DNA of 64,000 nt from an uncultured delta proteobacterium (GTDB lineage Bacteria > Desulfobacterota > Desulfomonilia > Desulfomonilales > Desulfomonilaceae): positions 608,001 through 672,000 of the forward strand of contig CAWBKB010000005.1 in assembly GCA_963789265.1 (NCBI GenBank), given 5' to 3'. This document shows, piece after piece, positions 53,098 through 63,620 of this stretch (position 1 is its first letter; the number at the start of each line of letters is the position of its first letter). The position numbers and the translations under genes are program-made. Under the pieces are notes generated by a model, which was not told the DNA's origin, searched no databases, and saw nothing but the letters and a program-made list of their open reading frames with translations.

Positions 53098-54205
53098 TTG
53101 AAGATTGCTCTTTTTATGTCTTCCCTGGGCGGAGGCGGCGCCGAACGCGTCACGCTGAATCTAGCACTAGAATTCTGCCGATTAGGGCACCAGGTCGATT
53201 TGCTGGTTGCTTCGTCGAAAGGGCCACTTCGCTCTGAGGTACCCGCTTCCGTTGGATTTGTAGATCTCTCCGCGTCTCAGAACTGTTCGTGCGATTCTGC
53301 CTCTCGCTGCATATTTGCGCAGTGACTTGCCGGACGTGCTTTTGTCTACGATGGGTCATTGCAATATCATCGCTCTTCTGGCCCGTAAAATCGCCCGAAC
53401 TACTACGCGTGTAGTTATAGGAGAAGCAAGTCTTCTGAGTATCAGCACAGCGCGTGCGCATCTTTTTCGAAGTCGTTTAATCCCTTTTGCCGCCAAGTGG
53501 CTGTATCCGAGAGCACACGAGATAATCGCTGTATCAGAAGGCGTCGCCGATGATTTGTCTCGTCTCCTACACGTGCCGCGTTCCAGAATTGAGGTCATTT
53601 ACAACCCTGTGGTCACCCCGGCCTTGTACGAAAAAGTTGCATGTCGCCTCGAGCATCCTTGGTTCCAAAGCGACGCTCCACCTGTGATTCTCGGTGTTGG
53701 GCGACTGGACCCTGAAAAGGACTTCACTACTTTGCTCAGAGCCTTTAGTGTAGTCAGAAAGAATCGCAATGTCCGATTGATGATTCTGGGAGAAGGACCG
53801 GAGCGATCTCTTTTAAACTCACTAGCTCTAGAGCTGACCATTAGTAGTGACGTGGAATTTCCCGGTTTCGTCGAAAATCCGTTTCCTTATATTTCCAGAT
53901 CAGGGTTGCTCGTAGTGTCGTCTCGCATCGAAGGTTTGTCCAACGTTCTCATCGAAGCCTTGGCTTGTGGAACTCCTGTTGTGGCCACGGATTGCCCATG
54001 TGGCCCAAGAGAGGTACTTGAGCAGGGCCGCTATGGGATGTTGGTCCGGGTTGGAGATGTCGAAGCACTGGCTAGGGCAATCGAGCAAACTCTGGACAAT
54101 CCCCCTGACCCGACATTCTTGAAAAGCGCTGCGGAGAGATTCTCGGTTGACGTAATTGCAAAGCAATATCTTGAAGTTCTCATTGGGGAAGTCCGAGAGA
54201 AGTAA
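53098..54205 (+). CDS. GT4 glycosyltransferase (apparent extra base near 53278)
   Basis: LGGGGAER; IYNPV; VGRL...KDF; EGLSNVLIEALACGTPVV. Confidence 0.9.
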
Positions 54206-54208
54206 ATT

Positions 54209-55681
54209 CTAGGCCGGGCGCTTCTTGAACTTGATTCCTTTTACCTCCGTTAGTTTTGCGCCTTTCATGTTGGTCTTGGCAATTCTGACACCGGAAAAAT
54301 CAGCAGCGTTTATGAAGGCCCACGAAAAATCGGTTCCGGAAAGATCGGCCTGAACAACGCTGGTCCCTGTCATCTTGACGCCGGAAAAATTTGCGTTTGT
54401 CAAATTGCTTCCAGAAAGGTCTGCTTCATCTAGGCAAGAATTCTGAAGATTCGCGGCAGAAAAGTTGGCCGTGGAAGCGCTGGCTCTCGTCATGTCCGCA
54501 TCTGCCATCATGGCTCCACTAAGATTTGCCCCTCTTAAATCCGTATTCACCAACTTAGACCTTTGGAGATTGGCATCCGTCATGTCCGCCCCTGCCATCG
54601 TGGCTCCAGACAGATCAGCCCCTTCCAGGGTTGCGGACCGGAGATCCGCTTCTTCCATCGTCGCTCCTGCCAGATTTGCCATAGATAGAGCCGCTTTAGT
54701 CATAACCGTCTTGCCCAATTGACTATTGGTCAAATTGATGCCGACCATGCGTGCCTCGGCCATGTTCGCTTCATTTAGACAAGCACCTGAAAAATTTGCC
54801 CCTTCCAGGTCCGCAGCCGTTAGGTCGGCCTGAGTCATGTCCGAAGAGCGGCAATCGCTTCGGGTGAGCTTCGCTCCGTGCAACTTGGCTCCAGACATGC
54901 TCACCTTGGCCAAGTTCGAGCCGCTCAGGTTAGCATCGGTTAACACAGCATCATCCAGAACCGCCCCGGACAAATCCGCCCCTTGAAGGCTTGCCTCCGA
55001 CAGGTTAGCATGACTGAGGTTGCTCCCGGTGAGCTTGGCTTCGGACAAGTCCGCTCTCTCGATATTGGCCCCGGATAGGTTTGCTCTCTCGATCTTTGCC
55101 TTGGACAAAATTGCCCAAGATAGATCGGCTCTAGCCAAGTTATTCCCACTTAACTGTGCTCTTGACAAATCTGATGAAGTCAGCTTGGCCCCTGAAAGAT
55201 TGGCTCCGGACAGATTGGCTTTGGTCAATCGTATCCCGGATAGATCGGCTCCGGACAAAACCGCACCAGTAAAATTCGCGGTATCTACCTGAGCCTTCCT
55301 TAAATCCGCCCTTGAAATATCTGCTTCTGAGAAGTCGGTTTCACTGAGCGTTGTCCGCGTAAGGTCAGCCTTGGCCAGATTAGATCTCGCAAAAATTGCC
55401 TTTTTAAGGCATGAGCCTGCCAGATTACACCCTGCCAGGTCCGCACCGGAAAAATCTCCACCGGTCAGATCAATCTCTGAGAGATCTGCACCGTGTAAGT
55501 CCGCTCCATAAAGTCGAACTTTGGCCGCTTTCTTCAAACCGAGCCGCTTAACTACGAGTTGTGACAGGGAGGCGTCGGTTCCTGATATGACTGCGGCCTG
55601 CACGAGCTCTTTCAGAGAGCCGGCTTTACCCTCGAAAATGACTGCTCCGGTCTTTCTGTGTTTGATTTCAAATTTCGGCAA
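54209..55681 (-). CDS. Long pentapeptide repeat protein
   Basis: Nearly continuous A(D/N)Lxx repeats over about 420 aa after an N-terminal FEIKHRKTGAVIFEG cap. Confidence 0.95.
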   Translation of the reverse strand: MPKFEIKHRKTGAVIFEGKAGSLKELVQAAVISGTDASLSQLVVKRLGLKKAAKVRLYGADLHGADLSEIDLTGGDFSGADLAGCNLAGSCLKKAIFARSNLAKADLTRTTLSETDFSEADISRADLRKAQVDTANFTGAVLSGADLSGIRLTKANLSGANLSGAKLTSSDLSRAQLSGNNLARADLSWAILSKAKIERANLSGANIERADLSEAKLTGSNLSHANLSEASLQGADLSGAVLDDAVLTDANLSGSNLAKVSMSGAKLHGAKLTRSDCRSSDMTQADLTAADLEGANFSGACLNEANMAEARMVGINLTNSQLGKTVMTKAALSMANLAGATMEEADLRSATLEGADLSGATMAGADMTDANLQRSKLVNTDLRGANLSGAMMADADMTRASASTANFSAANLQNSCLDEADLSGSNLTNANFSGVKMTGTSVVQADLSGTDFSWAFINAADFSGVRIAKTNMKGAKLTEVKGIKFKKRPA

Positions 55682-55815
55682 GACCTGATACTCCTGGATA
55701 TTGGGACTTGCGTAATTATATCATAAGAGTGTGATGGGTCGTTGTTCTTACTTGATACAAATTTTGTCATTCGCCGCAGTTTTTCCAAAGCTGATCTATG
55801 CTCTGGAGGTGAACA

Positions 55816-56208
55816 ATGAAATACGGAGTGAGCCGGACGGACGCGAAAACTTCGCACACCTTAGCGATACTGACATTCTGCGCGTTCTTTGTTCTGCTTT
55901 TCACTTTGGATTGTCGATGCCAGGCAACCGAGAGGACAGTAAAGGTGAACAAAGAATTCACGATCTCTCTAAAGTCCAACCCCAGCACGGGCTATAAATG
56001 GGCACTCTCGTTCGACAAAGCTTTTCTCAAGCTGAAGGCTGACCGTTTCAACAGACCCACCAAGGCGCTCATAGGGGCTGGGGGGACACAAACATTTGTT
56101 TTGCTTCCAGTCAGAGAGGGAGAAACAGAAGTTCACCTCGTCTATAAGAGGTCTTGGGAAAAGATCATAGCCAGAGAAAGGACCTACAGACTCCATATAA
56201 CGCGCTGA
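55816..56208 (+). CDS. Exported protease inhibitor I42 (chagasin family)
   Basis: Signal-like N-terminus; SNPSTGYKW, GAGG and YKRSWE loops. Confidence 0.88.
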   Translation: MKYGVSRTDAKTSHTLAILTFCAFFVLLFTLDCRCQATERTVKVNKEFTISLKSNPSTGYKWALSFDKAFLKLKADRFNRPTKALIGAGGTQTFVLLPVREGETEVHLVYKRSWEKIIARERTYRLHITR

Positions 56209-56293
56209 CTCGCTCCCAAGGAATTCCTTAGAGTACGGAAGCAAGGCCGGTGCCTTGAACGCGCACTGGGGCCAATCCTTGTGCTCTGCTGCC

Positions 56294-57571
56294 TCATCTG
56301 CGTGCTTGGGTCCAACACCTCAACGAGCGACCCAAGCTCCTTGCGAGTACCCCGGCGATAACTTTGTTGCCCATGGGTGTAGCATGGCCATTGAACCACT
56401 TGTCGAGTTGCGCCCTGGTGGGCTTCATGTCAGCCATGGCCTGAACCATGTCAATAACCCTATATTGTTTCTTTTTGAGGTAGCTCAGCAGCTTAGCAAC
56501 TCTACTCACTCGGTAGTCCATGATCTCCCGGACGAAGTCTGTGTGAGGCATGATTACAATTATTGGCGTGGACCCGCGGGCCAAAGCCGTCTTTACAAAG
56601 ACATCAACAATGTGACACATAATCGCAAGTGGTTCGGCTTCGTCAAATAGATTCCATGGGTAATGAATCTTCGAGTGAAACGGCAATATTCGGCCGGCGT
56701 CAAAAGTCAATTCATCGAGCATAGGCTCTCGCCAACGCACCAGCGATAAAACATAGGGGAATTCAAGGGGGGGCAACTTTTCGTCCAGCCGATACCAGTA
56801 ATCCAGCTTTCCCAATCGTTCAATGAACGTAGGATCGTCAAGTTTTCTTACATCCCACACGTTCTGCAAGGAATTCGGCAACAGTTTGAAGCTGCGCCCA
56901 TCTCGAACAAATAATGGTTTCGTTAAGGCCAGAGGATCGTTGTACTGATAGAATGGGCGGTAGATATTTACTATGCGGTTGATATTTTCCGGCAGAATAC
57001 ACAGCATCACAATCTTTGCCGATGTCCGGGCGTGAAGCTGATACTTCAGCAGTGCCTGGTCGGTTCCATAACCTCCTACGCCGAAATTGAGAACATTGGT
57101 TCCAAGTTTTTCGGCGAGAAATGTTTGCCATGTCTGATCGTCCCGGACTTGACTACAATAGGTGAAAGAATCGCCGTACGTCGCGATTGCAGTAGTCGGA
57201 AATGACGTGCACGTAAGTCTTTCGCCGGCAGGACCGTGACGGTAGAGAACACCGTCGAAATCTCGGTAGACAATGTCGGGTGGGTAATCCCATCCGAGGA
57301 CGGAATTAAACATCAGCAGATCCGACTGTGTGGACATTGCGCGGCTTCCCGCGGTTACAGCGCTCTTCACTAATCGCGTTTGGAAGAAATGCACCTGACG
57401 CCTGTGCGCCACATGGAACTCCACACTCCCGCGTCCCGTCCGTCCTCGTATTCTGGTTGGAACAAGGTTCATGCTCGCGACATAGGAAGTAACCTCCACC
57501 AGAAGCAACACAGAAATCAAGGTAATAGCCCAAAAAGCCAGAACCTTCATCCTTGCATTCAATTTCGTCAC
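56294..57571 (-). CDS. Membrane-anchored SGNH/GDSL hydrolase-like protein
   Basis: N-terminal TM; YGDSFT, NFGVGGYGTDQ and GHATPMGN. Confidence 0.85.
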   Translation of the reverse strand: MTKLNARMKVLAFWAITLISVLLLVEVTSYVASMNLVPTRIRGRTGRGSVEFHVAHRRQVHFFQTRLVKSAVTAGSRAMSTQSDLLMFNSVLGWDYPPDIVYRDFDGVLYRHGPAGERLTCTSFPTTAIATYGDSFTYCSQVRDDQTWQTFLAEKLGTNVLNFGVGGYGTDQALLKYQLHARTSAKIVMLCILPENINRIVNIYRPFYQYNDPLALTKPLFVRDGRSFKLLPNSLQNVWDVRKLDDPTFIERLGKLDYWYRLDEKLPPLEFPYVLSLVRWREPMLDELTFDAGRILPFHSKIHYPWNLFDEAEPLAIMCHIVDVFVKTALARGSTPIIVIMPHTDFVREIMDYRVSRVAKLLSYLKKKQYRVIDMVQAMADMKPTRAQLDKWFNGHATPMGNKVIAGVLARSLGRSLRCWTQARR

Positions 57572-57986
57572 AACCTATCCCTCCTATAAGCCAAGTGAAT
57601 CTAAAAGATTGAAACTAATCCCTGGGGCTCACTATTATATAGGCTTAGCGAATGCAACATTTTTCTGGGCCAAATATGATTTTTTTAAAATCACGGTTGA
57701 ATGTCGGCTCACAACCTAAAGATGCACTATGCTCTGTCTCCGGCAGGAAGCCAACGATATAGGAGCGTGATTGCTCCAATAAAACCTGATCGGTAAAAGT
57801 GGTACACAAAGAGCCTATTAACTAACCTTTAATATACTAATAATTGCTTGATTTCACAGCATGATCCAACAAGCTGCTCGTCACGTGCAAGCACTTATCG
57901 CCTCCAGGTTTCCGATGTTATTAAACAATTCCTTTCAGATCGGTGGTATGTTTGGCCCGAGCGCATACGCCTCGATGACTCCAGCA

Positions 57987-59550
57987 CTACCAAAGTTGAT
58001 TTTCAAGTGCCGCCTCTCTTTCCGACTCCGCCGAATCTTTCGGTATAATCGCAGAGGGCTTGGGCGGGTGAACCGTCTGGAGGCGCTTCTCTACCGCATC
58101 CAAAAGACGGGCGACCTTTACGATTCGGGGCTTCTCCTTCAAAAGAGACAATGCTTTGCGAAAATCGTGTGCAGCCTGTGCGTAGTCTCCCTTTTCGTTA
58201 TACGCCACGCCGCGGTTCGCATACGCCAAACCGTAAGAAGGCTGCTGTTGAATCACTTTGGTCAGGGTGACAATGGCGTTGTCAAATTCTCCATTGAGAA
58301 GACAATTCTTCCCGAGATTGTAGTACATCTCCGCTGTGGCGGAATCTGGATCGATTTGTATAGCTCGCGAAAAATCTTTTATGGCGCTCTTATAATTTTT
58401 CAGAGCCTCGTACGCCTTCCCCCGGCAAGAGAGCGCCAGTGGATCGTCAGGATCTGACTCCAGCCCGAGTTTCAAATCTTTTAATGCCTCTTTGTACTGC
58501 CCTGCCATTACTTTGGACCGGCCTCGAAGCCTAAGTATCGAAGCGTCTGCCGGTCGGTACTTCAGTGCCTGGTCAAAATCTTTAACGGCTTCTTCCGCTC
58601 GTCCCAAATCCAAAAACATATTTCCTCTTGCCACATAGATCGCTGAATCCGGACCCTTCAATTCAAGGAGCCGCGTGTAATCGGCCAGGGCAGCATCATT
58701 TCGATCCATTTTCCGGTAAACCGCCGCCCGATTTGACAAAGCCCGGGCAAACTTCGGCTTCAGTTCAATGGCCCGCGTAAGATCTGATATAGCCTCATCC
58801 AGATCTCCTAACGCTGCTTTCGCCCAGCCGAGATTGTTAAACGATTCAGCGTTGTTAGGATCAATTTTGATCGCCTTATTATAATCCCCCACAGATCTCT
58901 TTGTCTTGCCTTCGCTAAAAGAGAGGTTCCCGCGCTTTACCCATGCACGGACGTTCTTCGGGTTGAGCTCCAAACTCTTATCCAGATCTTCCAAGGCTTT
59001 GCCAGAATTCTTCTTGCCCAGATAGGCGCTTGCTCTGAGGAAATATGTTTCACTGTCGGGCGGGTACAGTTTCAGGGCTTCATTTAGATCGGCCAGCGCT
59101 GCATTAAAGTTTCCCAGACCAATTTGCGCTTCCCCACGAACGCGATAGGCGCCGGAATGCTTCGGATCCAATTGTATAACTCTGTCCATGTCCGCACGTG
59201 CCTTGTTATATGCTTTACCATGCAGGTAAATAAGGCTGCGGCCGTACAAGGCATCCACAAGTTCAGGGTCCTTTGTGATCGCTTGCGTGAAATCTGTAAG
59301 GGCACGGTTTCTCGTCTCCCTTAGAACGGTACGCGACGCCTCGATTGAAATAAGCGCGTGCGTTATTCGAGTCAAGCGCGATAACGCGCGTGTAAAGTTG
59401 AATGGCTGTATCCAAGTCCCACTTCCAATGGGCCTCTATCGCCTCAGAGAACAGCGTTTTTGCATCATCCGACGCCCGCGGGGACATGGGCTCAACAAGA
59501 GCAGTGATAAGCATCAAGAGTATCAGAAGGTAGTTTCGAAATGAGCCCAC
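57987..59550 (-). CDS. Exported TPR repeat protein (apparent extra A near 59309)
   Basis: Signal peptide in ORF 59263-59550; AYFNRGVAYRSKGDE joins NRALTDFTQAI after one A is removed; more than 12 TPRs. Confidence 0.88.
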
Positions 59551-59641
59551 TTCAGTTCCTTATGAGCTCGATGGATTCGAGCCTGAGGTTAGCAAATTCG
59601 GATGCAAGAGTTCCTCTTCCTCAGAAGAGGCAGCCTACAAC

Positions 59642-61114
59642 TTAGCGAGCCGACATCATCTCTTTTACATGCACGGTGCTCACCCGCGGTCTGAGCGACG
59701 GGGAGGTTCGCTTGTCTTCCGGCAGGCGAAGGGCCGCGGTAAAGTCGGCTCGGGAGCTTTTGTTGTCGCCCAAGAACTGGTAAGCAATGGCTCTTTCTAA
59801 CAGGGCTTCTCTGTTCTGCGGGTCCAATCGAAGGCATTTGGTCAATTCCCGGATCGCGTTTGAAATACGGCCTTTCTTCCCCAACGCTACGCCCAGATTC
59901 AGGTGTGCATTCGGGTCCTTGGGCCGAAAAGAAACGAGCGAGCCGAAGATTTTGATGGCGGCATCGTAATCGCCGGACTTCTCTTTTAGCAGTCCTAGTT
60001 GCAGTAGAGCTTTCGGATCGCCCGCATCCAGGCTGACTGCTCGCTCGAGGTCTTTCATGGCCGCTTCTCGCTGATTTGCTTCCAGGTAACAGCTTGCGCG
60101 AAAAGTGTAAACAGCCGCAGATCCATTTTCAAGTTTCAGCGCACGAGTGAAATCCTGAATAGCATTGGCGCATTCTCCGCGACTCTTGTAAACCCAGCCT
60201 CTATTTGCGTAGGCCCTTGCCAGATTAGGATTCAAGGAGATAGCTTTTGACATATCGCGAAGGGCTTGTGAAATGTTCCCCTTCTTAAAGAAGGTCCAGC
60301 CCCGGTTATTGTACACGTCCGCAATTGCCGGGTTAATTAGAACGGTATGGTTGTAGTCGTTAATAGCTCGATCAAAATCGGCTTTTTTGAAGTAGGCATT
60401 ACCCCGTTGAAAATAGGCAAGCGCGTATTTGGGATTCAATTCAATTGCCTTGGAAAGATCTTTGATGGAACCTTCACTATCTCCAAGCTTGAGTCGAGCG
60501 TTGCCGCGATTGTAATAAGCGAGGGTATATTCGGGATCGAGTTGTAATGCGGAGTCGAAATCTTCGATGGCTTGACCAGGCTTATTCTTTTGGAGCAGCG
60601 CCCAGCCGCGATTGTTATAAGAGTCGCGATCGTTAGGATTGATTTCAATCGCCCGAGTGAAATCTTGAATGGAACGATTAAAATCCCCTTTTCCGTAATA
60701 GGCGTTGCCGCGGTTGTAGTAAGCGAGCGCGTATGATGGATTAAGTTTGATAGCTTTAGTATAGTCTGCGATGGCCTGATCAAATTTGCTCTGCCTGTAG
60801 TAGGCGCTTCCCCGATTGTTAAAGGCTGTTTCAAGATGAGGATTGAGTTGAATGGCTCTGGTATAATCGTTCACTGCCTCTTTCGCATTTCCCACCTTCT
60901 CGTACGCGAGCCCTCGCCGGAAGAAAACGTCTGCATTTGTAGGGTCTAGACGTATTGCCTTCGTGAATTGATCAACAGCTTTACTGTAGTCGCCGTTACT
61001 TTGAGCTGTTTTTCCATTTTCTAGGTAATTCTCGGCTTTTTTGTCCATGGCGATAGACTGAGTGGCCAGGAACGCCAATGCTAGGGTCGCTGCGATCATC
61101 CACGTAGATCGCAT
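59642..61114 (-). CDS. Exported TPR repeat protein
   Basis: Signal peptide followed by about 13 regular AYxNRG...AI.DY..AI.LNP repeats. Confidence 0.93.
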   Translation of the reverse strand: MRSTWMIAATLALAFLATQSIAMDKKAENYLENGKTAQSNGDYSKAVDQFTKAIRLDPTNADVFFRRGLAYEKVGNAKEAVNDYTRAIQLNPHLETAFNNRGSAYYRQSKFDQAIADYTKAIKLNPSYALAYYNRGNAYYGKGDFNRSIQDFTRAIEINPNDRDSYNNRGWALLQKNKPGQAIEDFDSALQLDPEYTLAYYNRGNARLKLGDSEGSIKDLSKAIELNPKYALAYFQRGNAYFKKADFDRAINDYNHTVLINPAIADVYNNRGWTFFKKGNISQALRDMSKAISLNPNLARAYANRGWVYKSRGECANAIQDFTRALKLENGSAAVYTFRASCYLEANQREAAMKDLERAVSLDAGDPKALLQLGLLKEKSGDYDAAIKIFGSLVSFRPKDPNAHLNLGVALGKKGRISNAIRELTKCLRLDPQNREALLERAIAYQFLGDNKSSRADFTAALRLPEDKRTSPSLRPRVSTVHVKEMMSAR

Positions 61115-61374
61115 TTTTAAAAACTCCCTTTTTCACAGGCAGATGCTTGTCTTAATGTTACCACAACATGAGGTTACTTGTCTACCACGATGTGACTCAT
61201 CCGATTTTTAAGAAAAAGACGGCAAATTTCTCTGCCCGATGATGTGCTCGGCGTACCGCATAAATTGTCGCCTACAGCCTCATTATTGAGGACAACTTGT
61301 TAGAAACAACGTTCCATGAGTATAATCTTGCACGCTTTTGCGGAGCGTCATGAAAGCAGGAAAGGACCTCTCTT

Positions 61375-62745
61375 ATGGATGAAGGTCTTCGCGAAAGACT
61401 GAACAGAATGTTTGCTCCGCGGTCGGTGGCGGTAATTGGAGCCGGAGATAGCCCGGACAAAGTTGGTCATGCGATCATGGACAGCATTGTCACAGGAGGA
61501 TTCCCCGGGGCTGTGTTTCCGATTCACCCGCGGCACAAGACAATCCTGGGACTACCGGTGTACCGCGACCTCGACGAGCTTCCCGAGGTCCCGGATCTGG
61601 TGGTGGTGGCTTTGAATCAGCACTCCACCGTAAAAATGATCCAAAAGTTGCGGAGACTCGGCGTGGCGGGCGCAGCCGTGATAGCCGGTGGTTATGCAGA
61701 GATGGGAACTGACGGCTTGGATCTTCAGAATAAATTAAGAGATGCTGCCGGTGATATGCCGGTGGTTGGCCCAAATACGTTAGGATTTCTCAACGCGCAA
61801 GCCAAGCTCAATGTCACCTTTTATCCGCGTGTAATGCATGCGGGCAATGTATCGTTCCTCAGCCAGAGCGGAGGAATCGGGTTAGGCATCAAAGGGCGAG
61901 CCGATGATGAAGGGATGGGCATAGCCAAGTGGGTAGGTGTTGGAAACAGAGTCAACCTGGAATTTCAGATCTTGCTGGAATACCTGAAAGATGATCCTGA
62001 TACCAAAGTCATTGGAATTTTTACGGAAGGTTGCGCCGAGCCCCGGGCGTTCATGGATCAAGTAAGTAGTATCGCACCCGACAAACCGGTGGTTGTGTAT
62101 AAGGGGGGGGTGGGTGAAGATGCGGATCGAGTTACGATCACCCACACAGGAGCCGCGGCGGGGGCTGCTCGGATATGGGAAGGTGCTCTGCGCCAGGCAG
62201 GTGCTCATACAGTCGCCTCTATTTCAGAAATGATCAGCGTATGCAAAGCTCTTGCCGTCGGCAAAATACCTAAAGGCAAAGGACTGGGGATTTTCACCCA
62301 CACCGCCGGGCCGAGTATCGTGGCCTGGGACATATTGCGTACCGAACCAGGGTGTGTATTGGCTGAACTGGACGATAACACCGTTCGGCAGATAGCTGAA
62401 ATCCTTGGTCCGTCCGTGCCGGTCGTTTACAAAAACCCTGTGGACGGTGCCGCCGGCGCTTTTCTGACAAAACCTTTCCACGACATTGCAGAAGCGGTCC
62501 TGCAAGACAAATCTGTGGACGCGCTTCTCGCTATCTTCTGCGAACACAAGAATTGGCCCTATCCTTCAGAAGCCCTCATTTCGTTGGCCCACCGCTTCTC
62601 CAAGCCTATTGTCGTGTGCTTCATCGGGTCCGTCCGAAGAATTGAACCAGACCGATCTAGATTGCACGAAGCAGGAGTACCAACATACGTGCTGCCCGAG
62701 GATGCAGCCCTTGGCCTCAAGGCCTTGCTGCGACGGACTAGGTAA
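61375..62745 (+). CDS. Acyl-CoA synthetase (ADP-forming) alpha subunit / CoA-binding protein
   Basis: PRSVAVIGA, VGPNTLG, SQSGG, THTG (phospho-His) and NPVD; no ATP-grasp domain. Confidence 0.88.
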   Translation: MDEGLRERLNRMFAPRSVAVIGAGDSPDKVGHAIMDSIVTGGFPGAVFPIHPRHKTILGLPVYRDLDELPEVPDLVVVALNQHSTVKMIQKLRRLGVAGAAVIAGGYAEMGTDGLDLQNKLRDAAGDMPVVGPNTLGFLNAQAKLNVTFYPRVMHAGNVSFLSQSGGIGLGIKGRADDEGMGIAKWVGVGNRVNLEFQILLEYLKDDPDTKVIGIFTEGCAEPRAFMDQVSSIAPDKPVVVYKGGVGEDADRVTITHTGAAAGAARIWEGALRQAGAHTVASISEMISVCKALAVGKIPKGKGLGIFTHTAGPSIVAWDILRTEPGCVLAELDDNTVRQIAEILGPSVPVVYKNPVDGAAGAFLTKPFHDIAEAVLQDKSVDALLAIFCEHKNWPYPSEALISLAHRFSKPIVVCFIGSVRRIEPDRSRLHEAGVPTYVLPEDAALGLKALLRRTR

Positions 62746-62789
62746 GAAGCTGGCAAGGGCTACCGCATCCGGACCCGTCTATACAGACT

Positions 62790-63614
62790 TTAGGAGATAA
62801 ATCCGGTTACAGCTACGTGGCGTCCTGAGTAGGTTCCGTCTCTCCTATATGAGAAAAATAGGGCGGGATTGCAGAAAGTACAGAGTTTTGCTGAATGGAT
62901 GTTCCTCGAGGATACCCCTTCCTGGATCAATTCAAAACGATTCGCACCGATCAGATCTACGCGAAGGCTAGGACGAGACTTGTTTTCCGATTCGACCCTC
63001 ACAATAAATTTTTCAGCTTGAGGAACGTTTTGTCGGAATGGCTCTAAGACCACTTCGTCCACCTCGTAGCAGCACGGTCCGATGGCGGGGCCGAGACCTG
63101 CCAACAGATCCGCCGGAGAGGTTCCAAAGCGCCTTTTCATTATTCTAAGTACCTTGCGAGAAATTCTGAGGACTGTTCCCCGCCAGCCCGCGTGTATAGC
63201 CGCCGCAACTCGATGCACCGGATCCAACAGCAGGATGGGAAGGCAATCTGCCGTCTTGACAGCCGGATAAATTCCCGGGACGGCAGTAACGATCGCATCG
63301 GCTTGGGGAAGAATTTTAGGAACCGTCTCGACTATTTCGACATTATCTCCGTGCACTTGTCGGCAAGACGCAATACCGGCGGCATCGATTTCCATGCGTG
63401 TCGCAAGAACCGAGTGATTAAATCGCACATTTTCAGGCAGATCTCCCCGACCTATCGCGAAATTCAGAGAATCAAAAGGTGTTGGAGAGTAGCCGCCAGT
63501 CCGCAAGGAAAAAGCCATGATGGCCCGATATTGTTCGGCTTTATTCACGGAAAGCGCTACAAACCCGTTGCCGGTGGTTACCGCCGAGTTACCGCCGGGG
63601 AAATCTTCGTCCAT
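62790..63614 (-). CDS. pgeF: PgeF/YfiH family protein
   Basis: SLN, QVHG, ADA, TADCLPIL, IHAGWRG, GPAIGPCCYEV and FFSYRR. Confidence 0.95.
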   Translation of the reverse strand: MDEDFPGGNSAVTTGNGFVALSVNKAEQYRAIMAFSLRTGGYSPTPFDSLNFAIGRGDLPENVRFNHSVLATRMEIDAAGIASCRQVHGDNVEIVETVPKILPQADAIVTAVPGIYPAVKTADCLPILLLDPVHRVAAAIHAGWRGTVLRISRKVLRIMKRRFGTSPADLLAGLGPAIGPCCYEVDEVVLEPFRQNVPQAEKFIVRVESENKSRPSLRVDLIGANRFELIQEGVSSRNIHSAKLCTFCNPALFFSYRRDGTYSGRHVAVTGFIS

Positions 63615-63620
63615 CTCCGT

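Noticed and set aside
55816..56208. Chagasin as the inhibitor of the caspase module
   Set aside because: I42 inhibitors target papain-like clan CA proteases, not clan CD caspases, and the gene is more than 50 kb away.
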